Positions 19,003 through 31,407 of a stretch of 32,000 nucleotides of DNA are shown in pieces. The stretch comes from Candidatus Saccharimonadota bacterium (lineage in GTDB: Bacteria > Pseudomonadota > Gammaproteobacteria > Enterobacterales > Enterobacteriaceae). The translations under genes and the position numbers were made by a program. Location of the stretch: the NCBI RefSeq assembly GCF_000973505.1, contig NZ_CP010048.1, forward strand, positions 540,001 to 572,000. The letters are read 5' to 3'. The first letter of the stretch is position 1, and the number at the start of each line of letters is the position of its first letter. The notes under the pieces were generated by a model. The model made no database searches. It saw only the letters and a program-made list of their open reading frames with translations, and had not been told where the DNA came from.

Positions 19003-20553
19003 CTATATCAAAGATAATAAATATAATAAACACTGAGGAAAAATACCAAAAAATGCTAGTAATACAGAAAATACTAAAACAATACAAAGCGCACATAGCA
19101 CCATAACTAATTGCTTATTATTATAATAGGAATTTAAAAAAGCAAAAGAACCATTACTACACCGTACATAAAAATCCCTAGAAGGCAACGGACTTAAATA
19201 TAAAATAATTATCGCACGTGAATAATATAATACGCTCACTCCAGAACAAAAAACCATAAAAGCCACACACCACCACAATTCTCGTTCTACACCAAATATA
19301 ATCAAATAAAATTTACAAATAAATCCTAATGTTGCAGGAACACCAGCTAACGCTAGTATTATAATGGTAAATGCTATTGATAATATTGGATCCTTCCAAA
19401 ATAAACCCCGATATAAATTTAATATACCTGGATCTTCATTTTTATCGTAATAATATATACAAAATACTAAACTAAATACAATAAATGCCCCTAATGTAGC
19501 AAAACAATAATTCACTAAACAAATACTGATAGTTTCTATACCATCTGTAAATGTATTCAATACATTAAAATTACGAACAGGAAATGATTGTTTCATACTA
19601 CCTATCACACCTACTAATAGATAACCAGTGTGTGTAACAGAAGAATATGCTAAAATCCTTTTTATATTGTCTTGTTTAATAGCCATTAAAGTACCAAATA
19701 ACATTGAAACACAAGAAATTATAACCAAAATGTAAATTATCTTATTATAAGATGCTGGAAATAAAAGAAAAAAACGAACTAATATAGAAAACACAGAAAT
19801 TTTATTAATCGTAGCTAAACACATTCCTGCTATTTCTGAAGCACCTTGATAAACATCAGCTGTCCATAAATGAAACGGTACTAACGATAATTTAAAACCA
19901 AATCCCACCAACATCATCGATATACCAAGCATCAATATCATTGACTGACTAAACACATTTGCCCTCATAACTAATTCAGCAAAAAGATCAATAAATGATA
20001 AACAAGCTGTTTCAGCATATACCAAAGCTATACCAAATAATAAAAATGCAGTAGATATAGCAGATAATACAACATATTTAATAGTAGCTTCTAAAACATA
20101 TTGCCGTGCAGTAACATAACCTATGATACCAAACAAAGGCAAAGAAACCAACTCAATTCCAAAAAATAACATTACTAAATGACTAGTATTAACTACTATC
20201 ACGGCACCAATAGTAAGAATTAACAATAACAAATAAAACTCATCAGAATAAACACAACGATTATAAGCCAACCACATATAAGATACGATGCTAGTCACAA
20301 AACTAGCAAGCAAAACCAACACCATACATAAAATTGAAAACTTATCTATATAAAATAAATTTGCAATTTCATGTACCTCATATTTCCATACTATATATAA
20401 CGAAACAAAAGATGTAGTAACTCCAAATATCGTTATAAAAAAAGTTACACAATGACAACGGTAAAACAAAACAAACAATAATACACATAATGTCGTTACA
20501 CATAATATTAATAATGGTAACAATCCTATCATGTCTTGAAAAGTCATTATCAT
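19003..20553 (-). CDS. nuoN: NADH-quinone oxidoreductase subunit N
   Basis: 516 aa polytopic membrane protein. DEFYLL.LI, LFFGIELVSLPLFG, LEATIKY, GFGFKLSLVPFHLWTADVYQGA, IKRILAYSSVTHTGYLL, YRGLFW, AGVPATLGFICKFY and LWW align with E. coli NuoN. An alternative ATG at 20547 (MTFQDMIGLLPLL) matches the E. coli N-terminus better. Confidence 0.95.
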   Translation of the reverse strand: MIMTFQDMIGLLPLLILCVTTLCVLLFVLFYRCHCVTFFITIFGVTTSFVSLYIVWKYEVHEIANLFYIDKFSILCMVLVLLASFVTSIVSYMWLAYNRCVYSDEFYLLLLILTIGAVIVVNTSHLVMLFFGIELVSLPLFGIIGYVTARQYVLEATIKYVVLSAISTAFLLFGIALVYAETACLSFIDLFAELVMRANVFSQSMILMLGISMMLVGFGFKLSLVPFHLWTADVYQGASEIAGMCLATINKISVFSILVRFFLLFPASYNKIIYILVIISCVSMLFGTLMAIKQDNIKRILAYSSVTHTGYLLVGVIGSMKQSFPVRNFNVLNTFTDGIETISICLVNYCFATLGAFIVFSLVFCIYYYDKNEDPGILNLYRGLFWKDPILSIAFTIIILALAGVPATLGFICKFYLIIFGVERELWWCVAFMVFCSGVSVLYYSRAIIILYLSPLPSRDFYVRCSNGSFAFLNSYYNNKQLVMVLCALCIVLVFSVLLAFFGIFPQCLLYLLSLI

Positions 20554-20584
20554 AATAAATTATAATCCCCGTTATATATATTAT

Positions 20585-22129
20585 TTATGGAACAGGAAAA
20601 CGAACAACATTCTTAAAACATTTATAAATATTGTTCATCGAAATGAATGATATATCTATAACAGGCTGTGGGAAAAATCCCAAACAAATCACAAAAAATA
20701 ACAACGGGAAAATAATTACTTGTTCACGAAATGATAATAGAGAAAATGATAAAGAAGAATAATTATTGTTAATCTTCGATATACCGTAATAAATACGATG
20801 TATAAAAATCAATGAATAAACTGATGCAAAGATGCTTCCAAAAGCAGAAATTGATGCAATAACAGGATAAGTATGAAACAGCCCAAATAAAATCATCACT
20901 TCACCAATAAAATTTCCAGTACCAGGCAAACCTAACATACATATCGAAAATAACAAAGACAAACCAGGAATTAAATGTAATTTATCCCATAATCCACCCA
21001 TTATTCTCATATCTCGTATATGTATCCGCTCAAACAACTGTCCACAAAGAATAAACATACCTGCCGTAGACAAACTATGAGCTACTATATGTATAACTGC
21101 ACCTTGATAAGCCAACAGATCACCGCTATATACTGCTAATAATATAAATCCCATATGAGACATGCTACTATAAGCTATTAATCGCTTAATATCAGTTTGA
21201 GAAAAAGATATCCAAGCAAAATAAAAAATACTGATCACTCCTAAAAAAATTCCAATAAAAGAAAATCCTCTGGAAGCATTAGGAAATAATGGTAAATTAA
21301 ATCGAAACAAACCATATGCCGCTATCTTTAATAAGATACCAGATAAATCTACAGAACCAGCAGTTGGTGACTCACTATGAGCATCAGATAACCAACCATG
21401 AAATGGAATAATCGGCAATTTAACAGCAAAAGCAACAAAAAAGCCCAACATTAATAAATATTCTATATGAATCGGCATAGACACAAATAATAAATTATCG
21501 TAATTAAATGTCCACACACCATTAACATTATAATTTACAAATACTAACCCCAAAATAGCCACCAACATAACTAACCCACTAATTTGAGAATAAATAAAAA
21601 ATTTTACAGCAGCTTGAATTCTAATTTCAACATTTGAAAATTTATGCCCCCATAAAGAAATTAATAAATACATTGGAAAAATCATCATTTCCCAAAACAA
21701 AAAGAAACAAAACATATCGATTGATAAAAATACAGCAATAACACATGAAATAAGCCAAAGTAAATTAAAATAAAAAAAACCCACCTGACGTCTAACTTCT
21801 TTCCATGAACAAAGAACAGATAAAACCCCCAAAAAACCAGACAACATCACCATCAACAATGACAATCCATCTAACGCTAAACGAAAATTAATATCAAACC
21901 GAGAAACCCAAGACCAAACATATTCCTTCTGCCAATGGGATGAAACAGAACATTGAACAACATCCAACATATATTTTCCACTCTGTACACATAGAGCTAA
22001 TGTTATTATAAATGTTACTCCTATACCAATTAAAGCAAACCAACGAGGTAACACCTTATTAATACATTCAGAACACCAGCATATAATACCAGTTAAAAAC
22101 GGAATAAATACAAGATAAAATAACAACAT
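20585..22129 (-). CDS. nuoM: NADH-quinone oxidoreductase subunit M
   Basis: 514 aa (E. coli NuoM is 509 aa). Contains LALDGLSLLMVMLSGFLGVLSVLCSWKE, FFLFWEMMIFPMYLLISLWGHK, GVWTFNY, HGWLSDAHSESPTAGSVDLSGILLK, TDIKRLIAYSSMSHMGF and RDMRIMGGLW. AGGA lies 5 nt upstream of the ATG. Confidence 0.97.
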   Translation of the reverse strand: MLLFYLVFIPFLTGIICWCSECINKVLPRWFALIGIGVTFIITLALCVQSGKYMLDVVQCSVSSHWQKEYVWSWVSRFDINFRLALDGLSLLMVMLSGFLGVLSVLCSWKEVRRQVGFFYFNLLWLISCVIAVFLSIDMFCFFLFWEMMIFPMYLLISLWGHKFSNVEIRIQAAVKFFIYSQISGLVMLVAILGLVFVNYNVNGVWTFNYDNLLFVSMPIHIEYLLMLGFFVAFAVKLPIIPFHGWLSDAHSESPTAGSVDLSGILLKIAAYGLFRFNLPLFPNASRGFSFIGIFLGVISIFYFAWISFSQTDIKRLIAYSSMSHMGFILLAVYSGDLLAYQGAVIHIVAHSLSTAGMFILCGQLFERIHIRDMRIMGGLWDKLHLIPGLSLLFSICMLGLPGTGNFIGEVMILFGLFHTYPVIASISAFGSIFASVYSLIFIHRIYYGISKINNNYSSLSFSLLSFREQVIIFPLLFFVICLGFFPQPVIDISFISMNNIYKCFKNVVRFPVP

Positions 22130-22243
22130 AATATATCCTAATTAATAATTACTAACTATACGCCAACAATAACTAAAAAACTCACTTATATAAACAAACA
22201 TATAAAAACATTACGTAACACACACCGCTACAAATGTTTTCTT

Positions 22244-24124
22244 TCATAAAAACATCAATATCAACAAAAGAACTGTTATACCAAATATAACGGACATAAT
22301 ATAATGACGAATCTGACCATTTTCACTCAATACCAATCTGTCAGAAAAAAAATTAACTATATTACGTACACTGAAATATAATACATAATGCACTGGATCA
22401 AAAGAAAACACACGAGCAATCAACAAATAAGGCTTAATAACAATGTGTTTATATATCCAATCACATCCCCAACCAACAAAAACAAACTCTACAAACACTC
22501 TCCCTAATAAACAATTCAACAACTTATCTAATAGCATAAAACGATATGAACATAAATAATATAAACCAGATAAAAAACACCCAGAAATAACTATAACACC
22601 TAAACAAATCTCAAAAACAAACTTATTATAAACACAAACACCATTGTTTAAAATTTGCATAGATGAAGGCAATGCACCAAACATAGGAAGCCTTAATAAG
22701 GCCCCGAAACAAGTAGATAACACCAATAATATTAATAACGATAAACCCTGGAAAATATCATAACATGATTTAGACTTAACTACATTGGAGCCGCTATAAA
22801 AAATAATAAAAATCATACGGAAAGTATACAAAGATGTCAAAAATGATCCAATTAATCCCGCAATAATAAATAAAGAATTATTACTAAGAAACACATTCCA
22901 AAGCACTTCACCTTTGGAATAAAACCCAGAAGTTACTATAGGAATCGCAGATAATGAAGCTCCTCCTACCAAAAAAGAAAAATAAATTAACGGTGTAGAT
23001 GTATATAATTTACCTATTTTAAAAATATTCTGCTCACCATGACAAATCATAATAAGAGATCCAGATGCAAGAAACAATAATGCTTTAAAAAAGGCATGAA
23101 CCATTAAATGAAAAATCGATGATTCCCATGCTTGCACAGAAAGAGCTATAAACATATAGCTGATTTGACCAACAGTAGAATATGCTAAAATTTTCTTAAT
23201 ATCAGTTTGTACTAATGCCGAACAACTTGATATAATTAAAGTTATTGATCCAATAACACCAATTACGTATAATATATTTGGAGCTATTACAAACACATTG
23301 TGTGTCCGAGCAATTAAATAAACTCCAGCAGTCACCATGGTCGCAGCATGAATTAATGCTGATACCGGAGCAGGAGCTACCATAGCATCTGACAACCATA
23401 TTTGAAAAGGAAATTGTGCTGATTTTGCTACAGCAGCAATAACTAGAAACAAAGCAATCAAATTTGGAGAAATACTAAAAAATTCTGTAGAAACACATGA
23501 CATTAATTTATATACATCTAATGTATGGAAGCATGCATAAAACATAAATATTGCACATAACAAAAAAATATCTCCAATACGAGTTACAAGAAATGATTTT
23601 AATGCTGATTCTCCATGCTTTTTATCAACATAATAAAAACCAATAAGCAAATAACTACACAAACCTACACCTTCCCATCCAAAATACATTAACAATAAAT
23701 TATCCGCCAATATTAAAATAATCATATTTGCAACAAACAAATTCATGTAAGCCAAAAAACGAAAATACGACGGATGATCAGACATATACGATAAAGAATA
23801 TATATGAATCAAAAAACTAACCCAAGTAACTAACAATAACATACTCAAAGATAACCCATCTAACCTAAAAACTACAGGAATACAAAAATCAATTAAAGAA
23901 ATCCATGTATAAACTGATTGAACAAAAAAAAATGAACTTTCACTCTCATTAGCACTAACATGATTTAAAAAATCAAACGATACCCATGTAGCACATAACA
24001 CCGATAAACATATACTTCCAACACCAATAGTAGAAATCATATACTTAGAAAATAATTTTTGAAAAGATATTAGTAAAACAAATCCTAATAATGGAAACAA
24101 CATTACCAAAAATAAAAAATTCAT
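22244..24124 (-). CDS. nuoL: NADH-quinone oxidoreductase subunit L
   Basis: 626 aa (E. coli NuoL is 613 aa). Contains [107 protein letters not shown] and GEQNIFK. The start overlaps the nuoK stop (ATGA). Confidence 0.97.
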   Translation of the reverse strand: MNFLFLVMLFPLLGFVLLISFQKLFSKYMISTIGVGSICLSVLCATWVSFDFLNHVSANESESSFFFVQSVYTWISLIDFCIPVVFRLDGLSLSMLLLVTWVSFLIHIYSLSYMSDHPSYFRFLAYMNLFVANMIILILADNLLLMYFGWEGVGLCSYLLIGFYYVDKKHGESALKSFLVTRIGDIFLLCAIFMFYACFHTLDVYKLMSCVSTEFFSISPNLIALFLVIAAVAKSAQFPFQIWLSDAMVAPAPVSALIHAATMVTAGVYLIARTHNVFVIAPNILYVIGVIGSITLIISSCSALVQTDIKKILAYSTVGQISYMFIALSVQAWESSIFHLMVHAFFKALLFLASGSLIMICHGEQNIFKIGKLYTSTPLIYFSFLVGGASLSAIPIVTSGFYSKGEVLWNVFLSNNSLFIIAGLIGSFLTSLYTFRMIFIIFYSGSNVVKSKSCYDIFQGLSLLILLVLSTCFGALLRLPMFGALPSSMQILNNGVCVYNKFVFEICLGVIVISGCFLSGLYYLCSYRFMLLDKLLNCLLGRVFVEFVFVGWGCDWIYKHIVIKPYLLIARVFSFDPVHYVLYFSVRNIVNFFSDRLVLSENGQIRHYIMSVIFGITVLLLILMFL

Positions 24125-24423
24125 CTACGCATCTCACTAATTTTATCAATATCTAAAGTATGATAATACCTATACATCTTTAACAATAACGCTAAACATA
24201 CACTAGCCTCAGAAACAGCAATAGTAATAATAAAAATATAAATCACCTGACCATCCTCATGACCTAAATAATTACCAACTAAAACAAACATTAAAGCTGA
24301 AGCATTAATCATAATTTCTAACCCTAATAAAACAAACAAAAAATTACGCCGTACAATACTTCCAAACAATCCTACAATAAATAAAACAACTGATAAACTA
24401 ATACCATGCGATAATGGAATCAT
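24121..24423 (-). CDS. nuoK: NADH-quinone oxidoreductase subunit K
   Basis: 100 aa, the same length as E. coli Nuo[37 protein letters not shown]....AVSEASV.LALLL...R......D..SEMR. Confidence 0.96.
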   Translation of the reverse strand: MIPLSHGISLSVVLFIVGLFGSIVRRNFLFVLLGLEIMINASALMFVLVGNYLGHEDGQVIYIFIITIAVSEASVCLALLLKMYRYYHTLDIDKISEMRR

Positions 24424-24446
24424 ATATATTATTCCTAACTGAGACT

Positions 24447-24989
24447 TTACTGTATTGTTGTATTATCCTTAGTGACTCCCTCACCAACAAGCTCACTAAA
24501 ACCACCCCCAATTCGAAGAGATATTATTAATGCTGCTAACAATAGCATTGACGCCATTTCTACCACTAACAAATAATATCCAAATAAACTAATTCCAACA
24601 CTTTTTAATGTAATAATTTCTCTACTTATATTGTCAATATAAAAATCACCCTTGCCACTCCAAATAATATACAAAGAAATTACTGAAAAAATAAAAATCA
24701 AAAATAATCTGCTCATACTACGCTCAATCATTAAACTATTACTTTTCAACTCAGAATCATCAACATTTAACATCATAACCACAAAAATAAAAAGTACCAT
24801 AATAGCCCCAGCATAAATTATAACTTCTAATGCACCGGCTAAATACGCACCTAAAAGAAAAAAAACACAAGAAATCGACAAACAAGAAACCACTAAACAT
24901 AATAAAGCATATACAGGATAAGTATTTAAAACCACACCAATCGCTGATATAATGGAAATTATGTTAAACAAATAAAATAATATCTCCAT
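24447..24989 (-). CDS. nuoJ: NADH-quinone oxidoreductase subunit J
   Basis: [83 protein letters not shown] aligns with E. coli NuoJ (184 aa). The ORF-track start at 25007 is a TTG six codons upstream. ATG 24989 has GAGGG upstream and matches the E. coli N-terminus MEFAFY. Confidence 0.94.
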   Translation of the reverse strand: MEILFYLFNIISIISAIGVVLNTYPVYALLCLVVSCLSISCVFFLLGAYLAGALEVIIYAGAIMVLFIFVVMMLNVDDSELKSNSLMIERSMSRLFLIFIFSVISLYIIWSGKGDFYIDNISREIITLKSVGISLFGYYLLVVEMASMLLLAALIISLRIGGGFSELVGEGVTKDNTTIQ

Positions 24990-25072
24990 TGTCCAATATA
25001 CCCTCAAAATATATCAACTAAAATGCAAAATATGTTACATCATCCATACAACAACACAAACACACCATTCTA

Positions 25073-25639
25073 TTATGGCATAATAGTCTTAACATCAATG
25101 GGATCTGTAGATGCTCTTTTAGAAAAAGAGTTATTCTTACCTTCTAAAGAAACTCCAGATACCTGATAAAAATCATACTCCGGATATTTCCCTGCTTCAT
25201 TAATTAATAAATCTACCTTTTCATATATCAAATCAGATCTATTACACTCATTCATGTTAAAATCTTGAGTAAGCTGAATAGCACCAGTGGGACATGATTC
25301 TTCACACATACCACAAAAAATACAACGAGAAAAATTAATACGAAAAAACTCTGGATACCAACGACCATTTTCACGTTCACCTTTTTTTAAAGCAATACAA
25401 TCAACAGGACATGCTACAGCACACAAACCACAAGCTACACAACGTTCATTACCATCAAGATCAGATGTTAATACAATACGACCACGATACCTAGAAGCCG
25501 GTATACAAGGAACATCAGGATACATCTGAGTCTCTCTTTTACTAAACGCCTGCAAAGCAACTATAAATATACTGCGAATAATAGAAAAACAATCTTTAAA
25601 AAAAATTTTCCAATAAATAAACAATGAATCTAACCTCAT
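25073..25639 (-). CDS. nuoI: NADH-quinone oxidoreductase subunit I (2 x 4Fe-4S ferredoxin)
   Basis: 188 aa. Contains [20 protein letters not shown], two CxxCxxCxxxCP motifs ([12 protein letters not shown] and [12 protein letters not shown]), [19 protein letters not shown] and PIDVK. Confidence 0.97.
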   Translation of the reverse strand: MRLDSLFIYWKIFFKDCFSIIRSIFIVALQAFSKRETQMYPDVPCIPASRYRGRIVLTSDLDGNERCVACGLCAVACPVDCIALKKGERENGRWYPEFFRINFSRCIFCGMCEESCPTGAIQLTQDFNMNECNRSDLIYEKVDLLINEAGKYPEYDFYQVSGVSLEGKNNSFSKRASTDPIDVKTIMP

Positions 25640-25643
25640 AATT

Positions 25644-26624
25644 TTAATTATTTAATAAAATAAATATTGCAGTAACCAATAAGTTTATAATAGTACACGG
25701 CAAACACACTTTCCAAGCTATTAGCATCACCTGATCATATCTTGGTCGAGGTAATGCAGCACGAATCAATATAAAAAATACAATAAATAAGAAAATTTTA
25801 CCTATAAACCACACAAAACCAGGCAACAAAGGCCCATGCCACCCACCTACAAACAAAACAGTTATCAACGCCGAAATAACAATTATGCCAATATATTCAC
25901 TAATAAAAAATAAACTAAACTTTATACCAGAATATTCAATATGATAACCATCTGCTAATTCTTGCTCAGATTCAGGCTGATCAAACGGATGTCTATGACA
26001 TACAGCTAACCCAGATAAAAAAAAAGTAATAAATCCAAAAAATTGCGGCACTATATTCCATAAATACCTTTGCGACTCTACAATAATGCTTAAACAAAAC
26101 GAACCCGATTGTGCTACTACACCCATTATTGACAAACCTAAAAAGACCTCATAGCTCAATGTCTGAGCTACAGCACGAATAGAACCAATCAAAGAATATT
26201 TATTATTACTTGACCAACCACTAAGTAAAATAGAATATATTGTTAAACTAACCATCATCAAAAAAAACAATATACCAATATCAAAATCTGATATCATCCA
26301 ATTTGGAATGATTGGAATAATAATTACACTAAGTAATAATACCAAAAAAGAAATCACCGGAGATATAATAAAAACAATTTTATTAGAAAATGGAGGAACC
26401 CAATCTTCTTTAAACATTATCTTAATGAAATCAGCAACTAATTGTAAAGAACCACCCCAACCTACCCGATTAGGGCCATAACGATTCTGAAACAAAGCTA
26501 ATATACGACGCTCAAAAAAACTCATATAACTGCCACAAATCACCATAACACACAACACAACCAAGGATTTTATAACAGCAACTATATAAAACATAAACGA
26601 TTCATCAAATAAAAGAGCTAACAT
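25644..26624 (-). CDS. nuoH: NADH-quinone oxidoreductase subunit H
   Basis: 326 aa (E. coli NuoH is 325 aa). Contains [108 protein letters not shown] and [13 protein letters not shown]. The ATG shares one base with the nuoG TAA (TAATG). Confidence 0.98.
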   Translation of the reverse strand: MLALLFDESFMFYIVAVIKSLVVLCVMVICGSYMSFFERRILALFQNRYGPNRVGWGGSLQLVADFIKIMFKEDWVPPFSNKIVFIISPVISFLVLLLSVIIIPIIPNWMISDFDIGILFFLMMVSLTIYSILLSGWSSNNKYSLIGSIRAVAQTLSYEVFLGLSIMGVVAQSGSFCLSIIVESQRYLWNIVPQFFGFITFFLSGLAVCHRHPFDQPESEQELADGYHIEYSGIKFSLFFISEYIGIIVISALITVLFVGGWHGPLLPGFVWFIGKIFLFIVFFILIRAALPRPRYDQVMLIAWKVCLPCTIINLLVTAIFILLNN

Positions 26625-29389
26625 TAAAACTTTCCTTCTATATTCGTTATATACATGCCCAAATAAAAATGCGATATTCCAGGCAATCCTATAGGTAAAC
26701 CAATATAACCAGAAGTTAATTTATTACTAAATACTAACGGTAATGATAATTTATGATCACCACATGTAATCACTAAAATATTTTTATCATACAAACCAAA
26801 TTGAATCCCATCTGATTGGCTAAGTACTACATATGGATTCGTTATACATTTCTGAATAGATAAAGAACGCTGAGACAATTCTTCACTGCCAAAAATATGC
26901 CAATATGGAACAACATACCACATGTTATTACTAATATTTATTGAATTAGATGATAAAGAGGAAGATACAATAGGAACATTAACAAACCAATCTATTCCTC
27001 TTCTTTCATTCTTGACACTATGATCAAAAATGCGAACTCCAGAATCCATAAAATTTCCCACTCCGCTATGAAATTTATTCCACGCTTGAGGGGAATTCCA
27101 ACCAGGTGACCACACAAAAGCGATATGCTGACGACCAAAATTTGGAATATTATTACCTTCCATAGAAAAAGAAAACATACTATCCTCATCCTGGCATACA
27201 CGAGGCTCATGTACGTTAATATCTGTTCCATAAGACGTACGACCACTATAACGACTTGGAGCTCGAGATAATTTTTGACCAAAAATTCGAAATGATGCAT
27301 GAGGTGCTGCTAAACGAATTTTAGACAATTCCGGCAAATTCAAAACAACACGATCAACCACATCATCAAAATTTAAATACCTCATCTGATTCTGTGAACA
27401 AAAAACAGCCCGTAATTTATATAACCACCGCCAACTTTCAAAAATCAACAAAGAAGAATCATAATAATTTGGATTATATACCCGAAAAAAGCGTTGAGCT
27501 CGACCCTCCTGATTAATTAGTGTACCATCACTTTCAGGTACACTGGTTACTGAAAAAACTAAATTCGCATGTTTATGAAACGATAATCTCTGATGATCTA
27601 ACACTATTAAATGATTGATCCGTCTTAAAAAAGATTCAACACGCTTAAATGACAAATGACGACAAAGATCACTTTCTAATACAATTACAGAATCAATCTT
27701 ATTATCTTTACTAACATCCAATGCATCATCTAAACTACCTCCTCCATTCATCATAGCCAATCCTATACTGTTAACTTCAGATACAACTAAATTAATACTG
27801 ACATGTTTACCACAATTCTTCAATGATTTAGCAATATTAGCAGCAGCTGAAATAATTGATTCATTTCCAACATTACTACCAGAAATAATTACTGGCCGCT
27901 TTGCCTTTAATAAGGCTTGCGCAACCATATGAACTTTATTAATCAAATTATTATCAAAATCATTAACAGTAGGAGCTGTATTATCCAACACACTCGCAAC
28001 AGCAAACCCAAAGCGCGCTTGATCATTTAAAGATGCATAATATGTCCAAAACGCAACATCATCCAATTTCGTTTTATCAACATTAGTAATAAACAAAAAA
28101 TTCGTATTACTTGCCAAAGAACGTACAGCATTCATATGCCAAATAGGAATATTTTTATCCTTAGCCACATTTAACATCCCACCCTTCACAGATTGACGTA
28201 TTGCTAAAGCAATTCGAGCACTTGTCTGAGTTACATCCTCCCCTAACAAAAATATCGCATCAGCAGCCTCTATATCCTTAATAGAAGCAATATATATACC
28301 ACTATTTTGTAAAATATTAAATATAAGTAATAACACACGATGCTCGAATCTATTTATTCCAAAATAAAAATTATCAGCACCCACCAAATCCATTAAAGCA
28401 AAATTACTTTCAACACTAGCTCTAGGAGAGCCAATGCCAATAACTTTATTGGAGATACGTAATATCTTTACCCCCGCTGCTATAGCCTGTTCTTCATTTA
28501 ATTCTATCCAATTTTTTTTATCTTTCCTGTGTAGGGGTTTTTTGAACCGAGATTCCATATTATTAACATAATCATAACCAAACCTACCACGATCACATAA
28601 AAAATAACCATTTATACTACCATTATAACGATTATCAACACGACATATTTTCCCATAACGTTCACCTAAAATAATATTACAACCTACACTACAATGTACA
28701 CAAATACTAGGAGAAAATTGCATGTCCCATTTTCTGGAATAATATTGAGAAGATGTTTTATCAGTAAAAACACCAGTTGGACAAATTTCTACCAAATTAC
28801 CAGAAAATTCACTTTCTAATTTTCCTTCCTGAAATCGACCAAAATAAAGATTATCGTGCACCCCATACACATCAAAATCAAATCCATCAGCATAATCTTT
28901 ATAATAACGTACGCAACGATAACAACTAATACATCGATTCATTTCATGTGCAATAAACGGTCCCAAATATTGATTAACATGTGTACGTTTCATAAAACGA
29001 TAACGACGGACATAATGTCCTACCATAACTGTCATGTCTTGTAAATGACAATGCCCACCTTCCGAACATACCGGACAATCATGAGGATGATTAATCATTA
29101 ATAATTCCAAAATTGTTTCACGAAACTCTTTAACTTCAATATCATTGATAGATATCACAAGACCATCAACAACCGGCGTCATACAAGCCATAACAATACG
29201 ACCAGATTTTGAATCACTCGAATATTGCTTTACAGCACACTGACGACAAGAACCCACACTACCTAATGCTGGATGCCAACAAAAATAAGGAATATTCAAA
29301 CCAAGTGATAAACACACTTCTAATAAATTGTAGGACTCACCGACACAATACTTCTTGTTATCTATATAAATACTGACCATAACAAACAT
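26624..29389 (-). CDS. nuoG: NADH-quinone oxidoreductase subunit G
   Basis: 921 aa (E. coli NuoG is about 908-910 aa). Contains [95 protein letters not shown], the N7-type CVHCSVGC...[23 protein letters not shown] and [12 protein letters not shown]. The second in-frame ATG at 29380 ([11 protein letters not shown]) aligns best with E. coli MATIHVDGKEY. Confidence 0.97.
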   Translation of the reverse strand: MFVMVSIYIDNKKYCVGESYNLLEVCLSLGLNIPYFCWHPALGSVGSCRQCAVKQYSSDSKSGRIVMACMTPVVDGLVISINDIEVKEFRETILELLMINHPHDCPVCSEGGHCHLQDMTVMVGHYVRRYRFMKRTHVNQYLGPFIAHEMNRCISCYRCVRYYKDYADGFDFDVYGVHDNLYFGRFQEGKLESEFSGNLVEICPTGVFTDKTSSQYYSRKWDMQFSPSICVHCSVGCNIILGERYGKICRVDNRYNGSINGYFLCDRGRFGYDYVNNMESRFKKPLHRKDKKNWIELNEEQAIAAGVKILRISNKVIGIGSPRASVESNFALMDLVGADNFYFGINRFEHRVLLLIFNILQNSGIYIASIKDIEAADAIFLLGEDVTQTSARIALAIRQSVKGGMLNVAKDKNIPIWHMNAVRSLASNTNFLFITNVDKTKLDDVAFWTYYASLNDQARFGFAVASVLDNTAPTVNDFDNNLINKVHMVAQALLKAKRPVIISGSNVGNESIISAAANIAKSLKNCGKHVSINLVVSEVNSIGLAMMNGGGSLDDALDVSKDNKIDSVIVLESDLCRHLSFKRVESFLRRINHLIVLDHQRLSFHKHANLVFSVTSVPESDGTLINQEGRAQRFFRVYNPNYYDSSLLIFESWRWLYKLRAVFCSQNQMRYLNFDDVVDRVVLNLPELSKIRLAAPHASFRIFGQKLSRAPSRYSGRTSYGTDINVHEPRVCQDEDSMFSFSMEGNNIPNFGRQHIAFVWSPGWNSPQAWNKFHSGVGNFMDSGVRIFDHSVKNERRGIDWFVNVPIVSSSLSSNSINISNNMWYVVPYWHIFGSEELSQRSLSIQKCITNPYVVLSQSDGIQFGLYDKNILVITCGDHKLSLPLVFSNKLTSGYIGLPIGLPGISHFYLGMYITNIEGKF

Positions 29390-29565
29390 CCCAAAACATC
29401 TACAATTATGAAATAAGTAAATAATTACTAACTATTAAACAAGCACTCTAGCCCCATAAAATATAAAAAACAACTACAATACATAAGACATAAAAATGAT
29501 AATAATAAACTGCTTGACTTTTATATAAACAATATCCGAAATATTTATCAAATAAACTATAATAA

Positions 29566-30861
29566 CTATAATAACAACACACCTGCCATAAACTCATCTT
29601 CAAAATATCTTAAAGCGCTTTTTAATGGCTCTACAGCACCTGGCGCATGTGCACAAAAAGTATTACCTGGACCAAGTATACGACACATTTTTTTTAAAAC
29701 CGCAATATCTGATACATGCCCATTATTATTTTCTAATCCAACTAATATTTTAAGAATCCACGGAAGACCATCACGACACGGAGTACACCATCCACAAGAT
29801 TCACGAGAAAAAAACTCTTCTAAATTACGCACTAAAGATACCATACTAATATTATTGCTTACCGCAATTGACATTGCAGTACCTAACCGACTCCCAAAAT
29901 TAGCAATACTGTCAAAGTCCATTGGAACATCGATATGCTTTATAGTTAAAAAAGCAGTACTAGCACCACCAGGTTGCCATGCTTTTAATGTTGCACGATC
30001 TATCATTCCACCAGCATAATCTTCTAAAATTTCACGTGCAGTAATTCCAAAAGGAAATTCCCAAATTCCAGGATTATTCACATGTCCAGAAAATCCCATT
30101 AATTTAGTACCGGTATCATTGCTTTTTCCCAAAGAAATCCCTTTATACCAATCTACACCATAATCTAAAATAGCAGGAAGATTACATAAAGTTTCAACAT
30201 TATTTACACAAGTTGGCTTACCCCATATTCCCACATGGCTAGGAAAAGGAGGTTTAGCACGAGGAATAGGCCTTCGACCTTCTAAAGAATTAATTAAAGC
30301 AGTCTCCTCTCCACAAATATAACGACCGGCTCCAGTATGTATAAATAACTCAAAATTAAAACCAGTACTAAGAATATTATCACCAATTAAACCAACATGG
30401 GTTGCTTCATTAATAGCACGTTGTAAATATTTAGCTGATTCAATATATTCATAACGTAAAAAAATATAACCACGATGAGCTTGTATAGCATATGCCGCAA
30501 TTAATATTCCTTCTATTAATAAATGAGGCATCCTTTCCATTAAAAAACGATCTTTATAAGTTCCAGGCTCCATCTCATCTGCATTACAAATTAAATAAGA
30601 TACATGACGTGAAGAGACAGACTCTGGCATCATCATACTCCATTTTAATCCAGTCAAAAACCCTCCACCACCACGTCCCCGTAAACCTGAATTTTTTATT
30701 AAAGTAATCACTTCACGAGAAGCAATAGAAAAAGCTTTTCGCATACCTCTATAACCATTTCTACCTTCATATTCAGCTAACCATACAGGCTGATGATCGT
30801 CTCGAATCCTCCAAGTAAGCGGATGATATTCTGGAGTCCGAATAACATTTTTATTCTTCAT
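29566..30861 (-). CDS. nuoF: NADH-quinone oxidoreductase subunit F (NADH/FMN-binding)
   Basis: 431 aa. Contains [83 protein letters not shown] and the N3 cluster [12 protein letters not shown]...[12 protein letters not shown]. The ATG overlaps the nuoE TGA (ATGA). Confidence 0.98.
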   Translation of the reverse strand: MKNKNVIRTPEYHPLTWRIRDDHQPVWLAEYEGRNGYRGMRKAFSIASREVITLIKNSGLRGRGGGGFLTGLKWSMMMPESVSSRHVSYLICNADEMEPGTYKDRFLMERMPHLLIEGILIAAYAIQAHRGYIFLRYEYIESAKYLQRAINEATHVGLIGDNILSTGFNFELFIHTGAGRYICGEETALINSLEGRRPIPRAKPPFPSHVGIWGKPTCVNNVETLCNLPAILDYGVDWYKGISLGKSNDTGTKLMGFSGHVNNPGIWEFPFGITAREILEDYAGGMIDRATLKAWQPGGASTAFLTIKHIDVPMDFDSIANFGSRLGTAMSIAVSNNISMVSLVRNLEEFFSRESCGWCTPCRDGLPWILKILVGLENNNGHVSDIAVLKKMCRILGPGNTFCAHAPGAVEPLKSALRYFEDEFMAGVLLL

Positions 30862-31403
30862 AAATACTTCTCTAACATTTCTGTAATATCCATAGATAAC
30901 ACATGAGTATAAATATCATCATCTATCATAATCACTGGTGCACAATCACACTTCCCCAAACAAGAAACAGGAATCATAGTAAATCGATTATCTAATGTTG
31001 TTTCACCCGTTTTAATACATAAAAATTGTTCAAGCTTTATTTGAAAACTTTGACATCCAGAAATATAGCACACCACGCTATCACAAAATCGGATAATATG
31101 TCTACCAACAGGTTGACGAAAAATCTGATTATAAAATGTAGCTACACTTTCCACATCACTAACAGAAATTCTCAACATCTCAGCAATAGAAATAATTGCA
31201 CAATCCATAACCCAACCACAACGTTTTTGAACAATCTTTAATGAGGTAATCACAGCTGCTTGCAAATTTTCATAATGAGTAATTTCAGTTTGAATTTCTT
31301 GACATTCTTCTTTTGTAAAAGAAAAATCATTATCCAAACAACCAGACACCACCGAAACTGGCAATGTAATACAACCATTTAATTTATCATTCTTTTCATT
31401 CAT
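30858..31403 (-). CDS. nuoE: NADH-quinone oxidoreductase subunit E (2Fe-2S, N1a)
   Basis: [53 protein letters not shown]...[16 protein letters not shown] aligns with E. coli NuoE. ATG 31403 lies 4 nt after the nuoCD stop. The ORF-track start at 31439 is a TTG and ATG 31421 is also in frame; both would overlap nuoCD. Confidence 0.93.
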   Translation of the reverse strand: MNEKNDKLNGCITLPVSVVSGCLDNDFSFTKEECQEIQTEITHYENLQAAVITSLKIVQKRCGWVMDCAIISIAEMLRISVSDVESVATFYNQIFRQPVGRHIIRFCDSVVCYISGCQSFQIKLEQFLCIKTGETTLDNRFTMIPVSCLGKCDCAPVIMIDDDIYTHVLSMDITEMLEKYL

Positions 31404-31407
31404 ATAA

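Noticed and set aside
30858-30860. Possibility of an alternative genetic code (UGA read as Trp), as in some extremely reduced symbionts.
   Set aside because: All conserved genes are full-length under the standard code. Trp positions conserved with E. coli are encoded by TGG. TGA is used as the nuoE stop codon exactly where the E. coli protein ends.
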